Program-made: the position numbers and the translations under genes | Source of the DNA: Tubiluchus corallicola | Taxonomy: Eukaryota > Animalia > Priapulida | Assembly (NCBI GenBank): GCA_030141605.1 | Contig: JAQGDQ010000029.1 | Coordinates: forward strand, 744,001-808,000 | DNA: 64,000 bases | Reading direction: 5' to 3' | The notes under the pieces: generated by a model | Database searches by the model: none | Told to the model about the DNA's origin: nothing | Seen by the model: only the letters and a program-made list of their open reading frames with translations | In this document: piece by piece, positions 1 to 12,621 of the stretch | Layout of the letters: the number at the start of each line of letters is the position of its first letter | Numbering within the stretch: position 1 is the first letter of the stretch

Positions 1-1559
1 AAATAAAAGTAAAAGAAATCTTAATGTACCGCAGAGTAAACAAAGTTAAATAGAGCCCCCATTGATTAATGGTTTTACCAAATTATTTTAAATGTTAAGT
101 TGAGTTTCTGAAGATTCCTGAGGAGCTTCAAAAAAAGTTTGGCATGAAATTCAGTGACACCAGGTGCGCATCAATTCTACTTTGTGGAAATAATACTAAT
201 ATTTCTGGTATAATTCAGCGATATATTTATGTAAATAACAACTAAAATATGTAATTGCAATACTATGCACTAGCAATTGTTACCCGCTCTGATGGATGGA
301 TGTATGCATACATAGATGAATGAATTGATGGAAGGATGAATAGATGCAAACAGAGTCTTCACTTTGCCCCATCACGGTTTGAAGCAAATTGCAAATAAGA
401 ATCAAGAAAAATCAATCAGGAATCAGTGTGACGGTCGCTGTGGACAGCGGACAGACCGAAATTCTGTCAGCGCGTCCCACTCTCGAGAAGTCACTGGCAA
501 AAAAGCGTGGCGTGCTCGAGGCGATGAATGTGTGCTGTGCAGGACTTATAATTATTCATTTATAGCATACTGTATAAAGTTTCAACCTAGCATATTTTTA
601 AGAAATTCTAGACTGTTCGTGGAGCTTCCTAACTTGCAGATGTGCAAAATGACTTGAAAATGTGCGATAAGTGCTGTGTTGCAGGCTGTGCTGCAAATTG
701 ATTATGGTGTCTTATTTTAGTTTTTGCACTGTGTACAATGACTATAATGTAGTATGTGGTGTAATGTAATGTAGTGATGTAGCCCTCACTGAGCGCTGTA
801 TGTTATCAGTTTTACGAAAAAAAATTTATGATCCACATGTAAATGTAAAGACAAACATAATCAGCCAGGAAAAATTCGTAACATTTGCTCTTATTCATTG
901 CAGTATGAAACATTGATCCTACTGTTTCTTCCACATAGACTGGATAATTTCTAAGAGTCGAAGTGAAAAGCAGACAGCAAACCTACATTTAACGAAGCCA
1001 GTTGCATTTCACTGTATTACAAATTTAACTATTTTATAAAATGCAAATTAAAGCGGAGCTTCCGTATAAACAACAGTACTTGTACTAAACTGTAAACGAA
1101 GTATAAAGGTGCAAAACAAGTTTATTACAATATTCGTACAGTCCATGTTGTTGTTTAGTTGAATTGTTTTACTAGTTCATTATGCTAAATCGAAGCTGAT
1201 TCATAAAAACCTAGCTGTGGCGTCTCAGAGAATGCATGTTTAAGCTGGCTTTGACTTACATTGTGGGTTTTTACTTATCTTCTCTGTGGCTATGTTTGAT
1301 GTTCTAAATTTCTTTCACTCTACTGACACAAGATGGTTAGTATATAGGTGATTATGTGTGCTTCAGTTAGGTAACATTATTATTTGTACTTGAAGGAAAA
1401 CCGGATGATTGTGTAAACATTAGTTCAGAATAAAGAATGCTCTAAAATATTGAAAACTACAATAGCTTTTTTTTAAAATCAAAGCTTAGATTACACAATA
1501 ATTACCTCAGATACTCATATTTCGTTAAACTTTCAAAACTACACGCGGCTCAGTGAATC

Positions 1560-1820
1560 TACTAAGATTGGCAGCAACGCGTTGTTGTCACAATGGCTAA
1601 TAAATAGAAGGCAGTACCGTGATAAGCATGATCATGAACTGCAGTGTTAGTTTCTGACATCATATGATATAAAGCCCATTTTTTCGTGACATCATGCGTA
1701 TAAGCAGTACGATAACACTTATGCAAATGTGCTTGACGCGCAAGGGAAGACGCCTGCCATTGCACAAACTATGGTTAGTTTCTGATGTAAGCAGTAGCTG
1801 TGTTCGGTTGCTGTTAAGTA
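1560..1820 (+). promoter_or_regulatory. Candidate promoter / non-coding first exon of RBSN
   Basis: Locally CpG-richer segment (aacgcgt, tgacgcgcaag) ending at a possible donor TAA|GTAACT near 1817, upstream of the acceptor at 2292. Not verifiable without transcripts. Confidence 0.3.
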
Positions 1821-2308
1821 ACTTTCCAAGCTAATTATTCAAATATAAGGAACAATTGTTAACTTTTATAGGCAAGAAAATGTATATTTTGGACAGTAAA
1901 TTAAAATGAGATTCAGTCTGAACAGTCATCCGGTCTTCCTTTAATAATCTTTGACTGCAAAATAATCCACACCGTGTTGAATATATGACATTACTAATAT
2001 ATGTTATTGCAAAAGCATGCTTACTTGTCAAAACAACTGTGAGAGAAGCTTGCTTTCAAAAAAGACATTGGAGTTGCATATTGCATACTGCTTAATCAGT
2101 GACTGTCAGGTCATAAGTTAGGTCTACTGGTGTGTAAAGTTGTGTAGAACGTTAGAGCAAGGTTCTGGTCTGAGCCTTTGAAGTTTTAATAGCGGCAGTG
2201 TTGTCTTTTCAAATTTATTCTCTTAATTATATTGTTCATCAGTCAGCTATTTATGTATAAAATTAGTTGCATTATTTGTTTCTAATTTAAAGGTATTAAA
2301 CATCTATA

Positions 2309-5300
2309 ATGGCTGAAGCAGAAGTTCGAGAAGGGTTCCTGTGCCCAATTTGTATGAATGATCTTGGCTCAGTGGATCAATTGCAAACTCACTTTGAACA
2401 GTTGCACAATACGGAGGAGGATAGTGCTGTGTTCCAACAGTTAAAAGGTACCGGTTAAGACATCAACTACTTTTTAAGTTCATATAGCAAAAACTAATGC
2501 CTAATAAGAGCATCTCGAGTTACTGTATGATTCTTTGACAAGTATCTAATTATTTACCAATGGGCAAACCTTGCTTGGCTGAATCTGGAGCGGTGTTTAG
2601 CAACCCCAGAAAGGTACAGCTTCAGTAGCTTGCCTCAGTCACTCATAAACCAAATAGCTCTTGTTAGTTTAGTGAACTCTTCTGGAGACTCCCAAGTTTT
2701 TAATGCAGCGTGTGAAAATAATTCTGTTTATCAGAAAGGATGGATTACCTTTGCCTTTTGGCTTTCAATAGGGTAAAAACCTATCCAATAAAGGCACTTA
2801 CCGAAAGTTTTTGCCTTATTACAACTAATGTATGCTTCTATGTATACTTTGGCTTTCTGCAAAATGAGTTGCGCTATATTTCTTAATGTAGATAAATGTG
2901 GATGTATTGGAACCTAGTTCATCATCAAGGCAAATTATGTTGGAAATCTCTCAATGTGGTAGTATCCTACTATGCCTAGGGCATAGTGGTAGAGTTTCCT
3001 CTTGATTACTCATCCATTTACTAACGAGCTTTGGGATTATTTAACTTCAGCCACTATACATGTGCCATGACTTATTCTGCTACTCCCTTGTGTTTTTAAA
3101 TACTGATTGTAAGTTGTGTGTGTTGTATTTCAGGTTTATTTGGCAAGGCAAAACAAAGAATCTTAAAGAAGGAGCTGGATATAGAATTTGAGGGTGAAGC
3201 CTTCACAACTGCATCTTCGCCTGGCAAAGCATTCGCATATAACAGTCGGTATTTGTGGGAGCCTCAGGAAATTGGTAAGTTATATATGAAGACATTTATA
3301 TTAGTAGTTAGCTGTGACATGTAGGTTAAGATAAGTGAAAATTTGACACACGTGTTATAATATTGTTTAGGAGTTGCAGACTAACTCGTGTGCCAGACAA
3401 GGCTTCACTAGAAGAAATTTTCATTAGTTGTATTTTACGTGTTTTATATAAGTTAAACCATAATTAATGAGAATTTCCTTCGTATTTCCAGTGTGCTTAT
3501 TATCTGATATCATAACTTTCACTAAAATGTTTGACGGAACTCTAATATTAGTGTAAAATTTTTTGTCATAGTGATTTTTGTAAAGTCTACGACTGTTGTG
3601 TGGTACACTTATCATTGTCATTGTTAATTTGTCATTAACAATGATAATATTACAGATGAGTCATTGAAATGACTAAACCAGCTGAGGTATGTATTTATTC
3701 TAATTGTCAACTTCAGCCAATGGAGTAAATAGCTACTTTGCTTCACATTTTCGCACATTGCAAATCGAAAATCAGCATTCGACGAATGAGCAAAGCTTGT
3801 GAGTTGTTACTCGACCGGAGTCTGCTCGTTATCATTGAAATTCCTATAAATCCATGATGAACTACTAAGCTGTGAGAGGTGTCTCAGCCACATTCTCGTG
3901 TACTATATGACCTCCTCCAGTTCCTCTACAAGGTAGACAACCAAAATTAGTGTGGCGAATGATACCTCTCAGATCAAGTATTTAACGAAGATTGTCATGA
4001 GTAATTTGCTGAAGCTTGCATACAAGACTACTCGACGATGAACAGTGCCATGAAGGTGGGAAGTATGACATATGATACCCCCAACCCAGAAACATTTGAC
4101 ATGGTACACCATTCATGTATTTACACCTGGCTGGGCATTGCTTAGTCTTAGTCGTTTAGCTTTTTACTGGTAAACTCATGACTTAGCTACTTCTCTTGCT
4201 AACTACCTTTATGTTAGCAATCGGGAACCAGTAGTCTATTTGTTTGCAAAAGATAAGTAATTAGAACTTTTGTTACGGCAAGAATAATGTGTAAAATAAA
4301 ATAATGAACTGCAAAAAATTTTCTGTACTGCAGGTGCAATAACCAATCACACAGGCATGTTCAAACAACTTCGTGACTCTAGAGTTGACCGTTTTGTTGT
4401 GGAAACCAACAAACTTATTCTTCGACTTGACAAGTTGATAGGGGCTGATGTTCCAAAAGATAGTACAAAAAGGAAAAGTATGTTTGTTTAACTGGTTTGA
4501 CAAAAAAGGGTTGTAGTTAGCAGTACAAAATACAGTTGGTTACATTCTGCTAATTTTCCCACTTGATATTAAATCGTGATCAAAATTTTTGAGGTCCAGT
4601 TCTTTGCTTTCATCATGTTTTTAGGTGCTGCAACAATTAGTCGGAATTTTACTTAAATAAATCTTTTGTTGTTATTTTGAAATATTTAAATTATATGAGA
4701 AAGACTTCTTGTTTGTTTCAGTTTTTGAAAAAAGCATTGTTCCATGGGTACCGGACAGTGATATACAGCACTGCTTGATTTGTGGTGCATCATTCAACTT
4801 AGCAACACGCCGTCATCACTGCAGACTGTGTGGTGGGATCATGTGTTCAAATTGTTCTGTTTATCTTCCTTTTCCTTATGCTAGTATGTACTTAAAATTG
4901 TGTATTCAAGTTCATTGTCTTAATTGTTTTGTTATCCATAGTAAATTTATTTTGGCCATTTTCAAGAGCCTTTTTTTCAAAGTACCTGTAATGCTTCCTA
5001 AATATTGTTACTCTGAAAATGTTAAATCCACACACCACTTAGCTGATTTGCATAATCTGCTCACACTTTCATAATCCTTAAGTGTTAGAAAGGAGTTAAA
5101 AATACTGATAAATGTTTCTTTCGTTGAGTAATTTGTATCAGTTAGTTTAACTTTTTCATGTCACTGCAAACTTTGAAAAAATAGATAAAATATGAACAGT
5201 TACCCTTATGTTAACTGCAATTTGTTTTGAAAATCTCACACATTAGTTTAGTTTCTGGAAGTTCTACCTCTGTCTTGACAAATTCGGCAAGTTAATTAAT

Positions 5301-6308
5301 GTGTCTGATATAAGTTGTTATAAAATTGTGTTGTAAGTTATTACACTCATAGGTGTTGGGTAGCAAGTCTATTGACAGTTTATTATAGTTCATTAGCAAA
5401 CTTATCTCCATTACCGATATTCAAGTTGGTTTTTTTTGTTTGTAGGAAAGTTGACAAACCCAACGTTTTTGCTAGAGTGTCATCAACAGCAGTCACTGAG
5501 CTTACCTCGCAGCGGCAGCTCTGATAGTCTTAATTCCATGATGAATGCTGAGGGGGAGCCACACATCCGCATTTGCTTAGAGTGCAAGAAGCTGTTAGAT
5601 CGAAGGGATGATCAAATAGAGCAGCGCATGTACAAACCCATCATTCAACAATTTTACGAGCGAATGAAGGCGGCCATGGAGGAGGTGGAAAAAACACTAC
5701 CAGAATTTACCAGAATGGCTGACTCTCTAGATGCTGGTGAGATAACATATGAACTAGCTGATGCGCAGAAAGTTAGAATGCGGCTTGTGAAATTGTTCGA
5801 AACCATTGACCTTATTAGCAAAAAAATTGAACAGTTAAACGTAAATGATGAAACTCCGCCACAACCGAGGCACCTTCGGTTGCAGAAATCGGTGCGGCTG
5901 CACGCTAGTGCTTTTTTACAGGAGAACATGCGTGGACTCGCCAACCTGCCATCTGAAGAGCAGCTAAAAATCAAGAGAGAGAAACGCAAGCAGGAAATAC
6001 AGAGCCGAATTGCTGCCGAAAAACGAGCAGCGCTCGAGGCTCTCGTAGAAGCACAGCGACGGAAAATTGTCGCCGAAGACACGGAAGTTCATAATTCATC
6101 TCCAACAGAAATTCCAGGCTGGATGCCAACGACTGTGATTCCCAACGATAAACTTGATCCCATGGTGCAGCAGATTAACATAATACGGGATTATATTAAA
6201 AAAGCTAGGCAGGCAAAAAAGTTTGACGAAGTGAAGATGCTGGAGGCAAATTTGAAGGAACTTCAGTTAGAGTATAAACAACAGCTGAGAGAGAAAAGTC
6301 CTAGTTGA
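2309..6308 (+). CDS. RBSN: Rabenosyn-5 (FYVE-domain Rab5/Rab4 effector), 5 coding exons, 482 aa
   Basis: Exons 2309-2447, 3134-3274, 4334-4477, 4722-4883, 5446-6308; all GT-AG, all phase 1, joining into one ORF. N-terminal EGFLCPIC...QTHFEQLH C2H2 finger; FVVETNKLILRLDKL; FYVE motifs WVPD, RRHHCRLCG and RIC; C-terminal Rab-binding hairpin DPMVQQINIIRDYIKKARQAKKFDEVKMLEANLKELQ. An acceptor AG at 2291-2292 implies an upstream non-coding exon. Confidence 0.96.
3760..4080 (+). mobile_element. Highly decayed non-LTR reverse-transcriptase remnant in RBSN intron
   Basis: Broken translation gives LLDRSLLVII...GVS...VLYDLLQFLY...ANDTS, resembling RT motifs YLxxRxQxV...GVPQGSVLGPLLF...ADDT. Confidence 0.3.
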
Positions 6309-7799
6309 TCATTGTTTGTGCCTACAAAAAGGAAAATAGCAAGAATGAGCTTTGGCACTTTAGATACACTTTTGTTGTATTTGGACTAGTGTTGTGCTGA
6401 ATAGTCCTAAATAGTTATGTGTCCCTATGCACATTTTTTTCAGTGGCTGCCTGGGAAATTAACGGTGGCGGCTCCTCACTGGGTAGTTAGATCTGGTAGT
6501 GATGGTGGGCTGAATCAGTTACAAATATTCATCCACAGCTAAGCTAAATGACCTTGAGGCTTCAGTGCATAATACAAATGGGGAACTCTTCGTGTAATCT
6601 GTTTTCTGCTGAATCAACTAATAACGTAATAATAGTATCTAACTGAGATGTGCTAAAATTTGGAAGTTAGTATTATCTTTTAGTGCATTGGTACAATAAC
6701 CAAATTAATTACTAGGCTATAATTGTGAATAGTAGGACAGGCAAGATCAAATTTTGTGTCTTATAAAATCATAATTTTAGTGGACACCAGTTTAGTACGT
6801 TATACATGACAAGGATATTCAATTTATGAGTGAGTGTGCAATGCTACTTAAGTTACATACATTGTTTTTTGTTATAACAAAAAAGTTATTAACTGTTTTA
6901 GCTGGATGTGTAACATTCATGAGTAGGTCTATAGTTTACACTAAGTGAGTGTTAGTACTACGACTGCGAACGTTAGAGAAATCGTATACGGAATTTTATA
7001 CAACTGGCCTGTTGAATTCATGCGGTCACACAGCAACATTTACCTGGAAAATTTTGAAGTTATAGACAAAAAACTTGCTCAAAAGCAATGAATTTTAGCT
7101 AATAACTTTTTCTTTTCATCAGTGAAGTCAGAACGGCGAATGCCATTTATCATACATCGGCGGAGCGACGCCATTGATTCTTTCTATAAGTGAGCAAAGT
7201 GAAGTACATCAAATATTAAAAGAGTGAATGCTGGCAGTATTATACAAATTCCAGGTGGCAGAAGTTCAATTCGGCACAACTCTGGTTTGCATGTAAGTTG
7301 ATAAAAGTGTAAGTGCTGTATTTGATTATACGGCTTCATTTGGTTCCATGGCTAGTTAAAAAGAGCTGTTGCAAGTTTATCGATAAGTGTTCATGATTAT
7401 GATTACTTCAAAATTGTAGTAAGTCTGTGTTGTAATCGAGTGCTGTCGCACAATCACATTTCTCACTATCTGTTATTAATGGTTATTTTAAAAGCTTCCA
7501 GAAAGTTTCAGATAAGTATTCAAGTTTTACTTTTTGCAGACACCTTTTTAAGCTGAACCCATGGTATTACTTATTTATGGTGAATTCTTGAACTTCTACA
7601 TTTTCTTATTGATTGGTGTAAGGAATTTATAGTGAAAATAGTTAAGTATGTTAAAAGATGTACATGATTCTAGCACAGTGAGTTGTATTTATATGATTGA
7701 CTTCATTTGTTTCGTTTTGTTATTTGGTTGAAAGTTTAGCCTATACTCAAAACCATTAATATTTAATTTATATGTTAGTGTAGAGGGTTGCTTTTTTTT

Positions 7800-8537
7800 C
7801 TTCAAACTAGTTTGTCAGTTTTAGTTTGACAAACTACCTTGATCATATAAACAGCAAAACTGACAAATTTTAGTTCGATAGACCATATTGAATTCATCAA
7901 ACAAAAACTGACAAACTGAAACTCAACAATTAATGGCGTCGCATGCTTCTTACATCATATCAAGTGTTTATTTTTGCATGGTGGTCAGGGAATTTTGTCG
8001 TTATTAATCCAGCAAGTGGAACAAATATACGACAGCCAGCATTGTTGGATGTTGTCTGGTACTGGAACTTGGAGGGTAGAAACAGTGGTAATACTGTACT
8101 AAGAAGATTTTGATTTTACTTTCAAAAAGAAAATTCTAATTTTGCTGTATTGCTTTCTGCCAATCAAGCAAATAAATTGTGACAGTAATGTAGGTGTGTT
8201 ATACAGGCGTTAGTTAATTAAATTAAACTGCAACTAAGTTTTAAGTTAAAATGCAATAAACAGTCAAACACTGCAGGTGTGAAAAACACTGCGAAAAGTC
8301 AATTGACACCTCAATGTTCAAATCTTTGACTATCAGGCTGTAACTGCCTCTTTCAATTCTTTGCTGTAGCTATTGGCTGTTGCTGTAGCATATTGGCACC
8401 ATAATTTGACAGTGACACCTCTTGCTGAATAGTTATTACCAACGTTTGATGGCGTAAAGTATGATGTTTAAACGTGAGACAGTTTTTAGATTGACAGTTT
8501 CTGTTTGTCAGTTTATAAGTGCTCGTGTAAACAGACC
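7800..8537. repeat. Decayed MITE-like remnant in the probable RBSN 3' UTR
   Basis: Repeated aaactgacaaa/tttgtcagttt motifs in both orientations (7805-7920, 8480-8515). The end cgtgtaaacagacc resembles PIF/Harbinger-type termini. Confidence 0.3.
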
Positions 8538-9984
8538 ATGACTGTTATTTGAAATTCCTGTACGCCAACGCGATCCATTAATCTATTTAATTCTATTGTT
8601 TTCTCTGATATAACTAATTAACTACCGCACCTGTTGTGATGCAGTAATCTGAGGCTTTGCGTTTTTTAAATACCATGCTTTCCGAACACCTATTTATACT
8701 TTGTCTATAAATTTCGATTTCTGCATTTTGTTAGACAATGTATTCTTATGCCGGTACTAGAAAATGGGAGCACTAGAAACTGGTACTTATGTGCTAGGTT
8801 ATAACTTACTTGTATACTGCAGTGTATTCTGATGTTAAAAATTATGAGAATTACAGTAAATGTAGATGTGTATTAACCGCTGTAATTAGCCACAGGAATA
8901 TGCACAAACATTTCCAGCATGAATTTTACAGTTTATACTATCGCAACAAATTCATGTTTTTGCATCTTCTAGCAATTCCACATTACAGGACGTTATGTGT
9001 ATCATTATCTCTATGTAGTATCAATTGAACTGTGTAGTTTTTCTACGTGTCACTTCAATAGACATATCTTTTTAAGTACTTTTTAAAAAATGCCTCAGGT
9101 GCTGCATAGCTATAAATGCTACAATAAAATATGGTGTACTATACTATGCAAAAAGGCCAAAACTACCCACTGTTATGCTCCACCAATTCATCTCGATTAT
9201 TGTACTAAGAATGTTCTGCCATCCATTGGCAGAAAAAAAGAAAGCAATCATATGCTGATGCAGTTTTAAACTACCACTTATGCCTCCACCCTTTTGTAAC
9301 TTCTCAGCTAATTATGATTTGTGATTAACTTTGCATTTATATAAAAGGTGATTAAATGTAATTATGCAATATAATTAATATACCTGACAAGTACTGCATT
9401 ACAAAGACGTTAAATCAAATTTATATAAATGCTTACTGCATGCCTTTACATATTGTAATGTGGCAGGATTATCTACTGTAATATTTTGTTAAAGAATGTT
9501 GACAAAATTTATTCTTTGTTTATTATTTCATACATTATTATGATTTGAGTGACACAATAAAAATTTTTTACAAGCTGTATTGCTGCATTTGGTCAACAAA
9601 AACTTGTAATTAACAAATACTAGAAAATGGATCAATATTGTTGCTATCCAAACTGTATAACTGACTGTTACCATAACAAGTGCTGTTGGAAATCTGCCAT
9701 TGCATAAATAGCAGTGATGTTACAGGTGGGAAACACTCATTAAATAACTTTATTACCATACATTATCATAATATTATAATTGGCAGCAGCACACATCATA
9801 CTACACTATCGTTGCAACACAAATCGAAGAGTAATATTTACAGTTCAATATTTATAGCCACTTGAAACACTTCATAATAAATCTGCATATTATGCATGAT
9901 TGTGGCAACTGTTTATATAACACTGTTATGCAACCAAAATTAGCAGTAATTTTGTTCAAGTATCTCTGCATAATAGCACAATCA

Positions 9985-12621
9985 TCAACTAACGTCAGCC
10001 TGTTCACCATACCGATATTTGCCACGCATATGATTCGGCAGTTTTACGATTGAAGGACATGGTACCTGCCCCGGTATCTCACATATGCAATGTCGCAAAC
10101 ATCCGAACCCGAAATTCGCCGGGTTGTCCTGCTTTTCTGCTGCTTTGGCTTCCTCTAATAACTTGGCCCTGAAAAGCAATCGATAATTGTTAAAGATTTT
10201 ACAGTTTGGTATAATATGTATCTCCTGTACAAGTTGCATGATGGTTCTTTAATGTGGTATTTGTCAGCTGTTAACAGAATATGTTTAGAAGATAGTACAA
10301 CACTTATGTAGAGAAGTAAACGCTGATGTTGCAAATCGCAATGTTTTCCAAAGTTTACTAAGAAAATCCCATTAGACGAAGGAGGTGGGAATAACAGCCG
10401 AGAGGCCAAGGTGTGTGTGCTCTGCAACCAAAATTAAGCAATATCGAAGCTAGTCAGTAAATGAAAGGGCTGCTCAGGAAACTGAACAGTGTCATGCCAT
10501 ACTGATCCAGCCTATTTACCTTATAGAGGAAGGATGCAGTCGTATCTGAATGAGCTTAAGAAACATCTACTGTTCCGGGTCTCATCTTAGAGGTATCTAG
10601 CTTGCCACTATGCTTATAACGGTACTATGATGTATTGATAAATCATGATATCTTTTATTACGATATGCATATCACCAAAGTGCAGCAGTATCATGATTAT
10701 TTGAGTGTATGATACTTAGCAAGTTAGCCCGCACATGACCGGACGCTGATAAAAACAGTGTGAAATAATTCAAGCTGCAGCTGTGGAGTGTACTGTAGAT
10801 ATGAAACAATCAGTGTAGTGAGCAGCAGTTAACTAGACAAAGGCACTGCTAGCAGTCAAAGCAGTTGAAACGCAAGGTGTTTAATCCGTTGTTTACATAT
10901 AAGTTTGTGAAATGGCAAAAGTGAACCAAAACATGCACAAGCAAATTTTAAACCTAAAGTACTGATGATATGTTTTGCTCTTTTCTGGTGCCCTTATGAT
11001 GCAACTATAGCGTACACATGGCACAATTAATAAATAAAAATCAAAGTTTATTGAGTTATTTTAGCATTTAGCAATCATAGAACTCTGATTGATAAATATG
11101 TTTAGAATTTATAATCAACAGTTTTTTTTATGAAGCTTACAAACATTAACTCAGGTGTATCATATTATGACCTAGTGTATCGCTACAGCCCTACTCGCCA
11201 ATCCGCCAGATTCTGTTTCACTATAATCATTCATACTGAATAGACCAACATTGACTGCCAAATTTCTACTGACAGTATGCCAAATTATACAGGGTCTCTA
11301 AAAAGGATCAGAAATTACTTTTTTGTCAGAAATTAACAACAGAAACAGTAAAAAGAATCGTTGTTTTGAGTTTCTATTGTTGTTACTATTCTGGGATGCG
11401 TTTAACTTAGCCCATATTATCTTTTAGAATGGTGGCAAAAATACTTCTAAATATTAATTATCACAAAAATAAGTGTTACATGCTTTGCACTTTATGCATT
11501 TATGAAACTTACTGTGACTTGCCAATAATCTTTCTAACTTGACTGTGGATCTCTTCTCGACTTTTCATGTAAACGTCCATCAGCACATCTTCACCAGAAT
11601 CTAAAAAAGTCAACGTCTGAGACCACACACAGCAAAATTAACAAGACGTAAAACAAGTATCACATTTAATGAAAAAAGCTGAGAAGCAAGCAAAAAAATT
11701 ATACAGAAGTCATACCGAACCAAGCTCGAACGAAAGGTGTCGGTGTCAGATTTTTTATGGACAGAATTTGTACATCCGGATTCTTATATTGCATTTGAGG
11801 GAGATGCCAGAATACAAAATCTCTGAAAAACAAAATAAAGAAAACAGTAAACTCAAAATCTATCTAATATTAAAACCTAATATAATACATATCTACATTA
11901 TCATAGAGTCTACAGAACAAATTGTAGAATAGCCCCATGGCAATGTACAAGATATACAATATGTTTAAGATATACTCGTGGTTTAAAACACATGCATTTA
12001 ATTTGTTTGCAAAATTAACTTGCATTTCCTCACCGCGACTGTGGGCATTTTTACTTATTAGTCATCCCAGCTCTTACAGTTAAATCAAATGGTAGGCAAA
12101 ACTGCTTTACTGAATTTCGAAGATGAATGAGAATAATTGCAAGAGGGCCACGGTGTATAATTATTAATTATAAATAAAAATATTCGCAAAATATTGTTGG
12201 TGAATGAACCTACTTCATAAGTTAATTGTATCACCATATAGACAGAGTCAAAAACTGAGTACAGAATTAATGAATACTGTATTAACATGCTTGATGTTGA
12301 TTTTAATAAAAGCAGTTGGTATCAAAAGAAGCAGACCTTGAATTTGACGATCTTGAATTTGAAGGGATAACAAATACTTTTTTTAATAGGGATGACATGA
12401 TAGCTGAGTAGTCATGACAAGTGCTTCAAGGGTATACTCACACCAAATGCTTTCAGCTGCACAGTAAACATGATTAAAGCTCACCTTGCCCCATGAGAGG
12501 CTTCCCCAGTAGTCATGAAATTCACAGAGACTACTTTCACATTGTCTCTAAATATGATAGAACCGGCATTTAAATATTTCAAAGTTCTCCTGATAGGAGC
12601 TCTTCCTTTCATAAACGGCAT
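9985..12621 (-). CDS. MRPS25: 28S mitochondrial ribosomal protein S25 (mS25), 4 exons, 171 aa
   Basis: Exons 12621-12485, 11822-11716, 11600-11513, 10168-9985, GT-AG with matching phases. Protein [17 protein letters not shown]...[22 protein letters not shown]...PTPF...[21 protein letters not shown] matches the MRPS25 signature, including the C-terminal Cys cluster. Confidence 0.96.
10615..11193. mobile_element. Decayed hAT-like non-autonomous element in MRPS25 intron 3
   Basis: Right end reads TAGGGCTGTAGCGATACAC on the minus strand (hAT-type terminus); CGATA/TATCG-like subterminal motifs at 10620-10710. Confidence 0.4.

Noticed and set aside
364-657. 97-aa ORF in a CpG-rich patch
   Set aside because: Non-ATG start, no motifs, no clear splice signals; may be regulatory or repeat DNA.
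5654-6082. 142-aa antisense ORF inside RBSN
   Set aside because: Shadow ORF of the coding strand with no recognisable motif.
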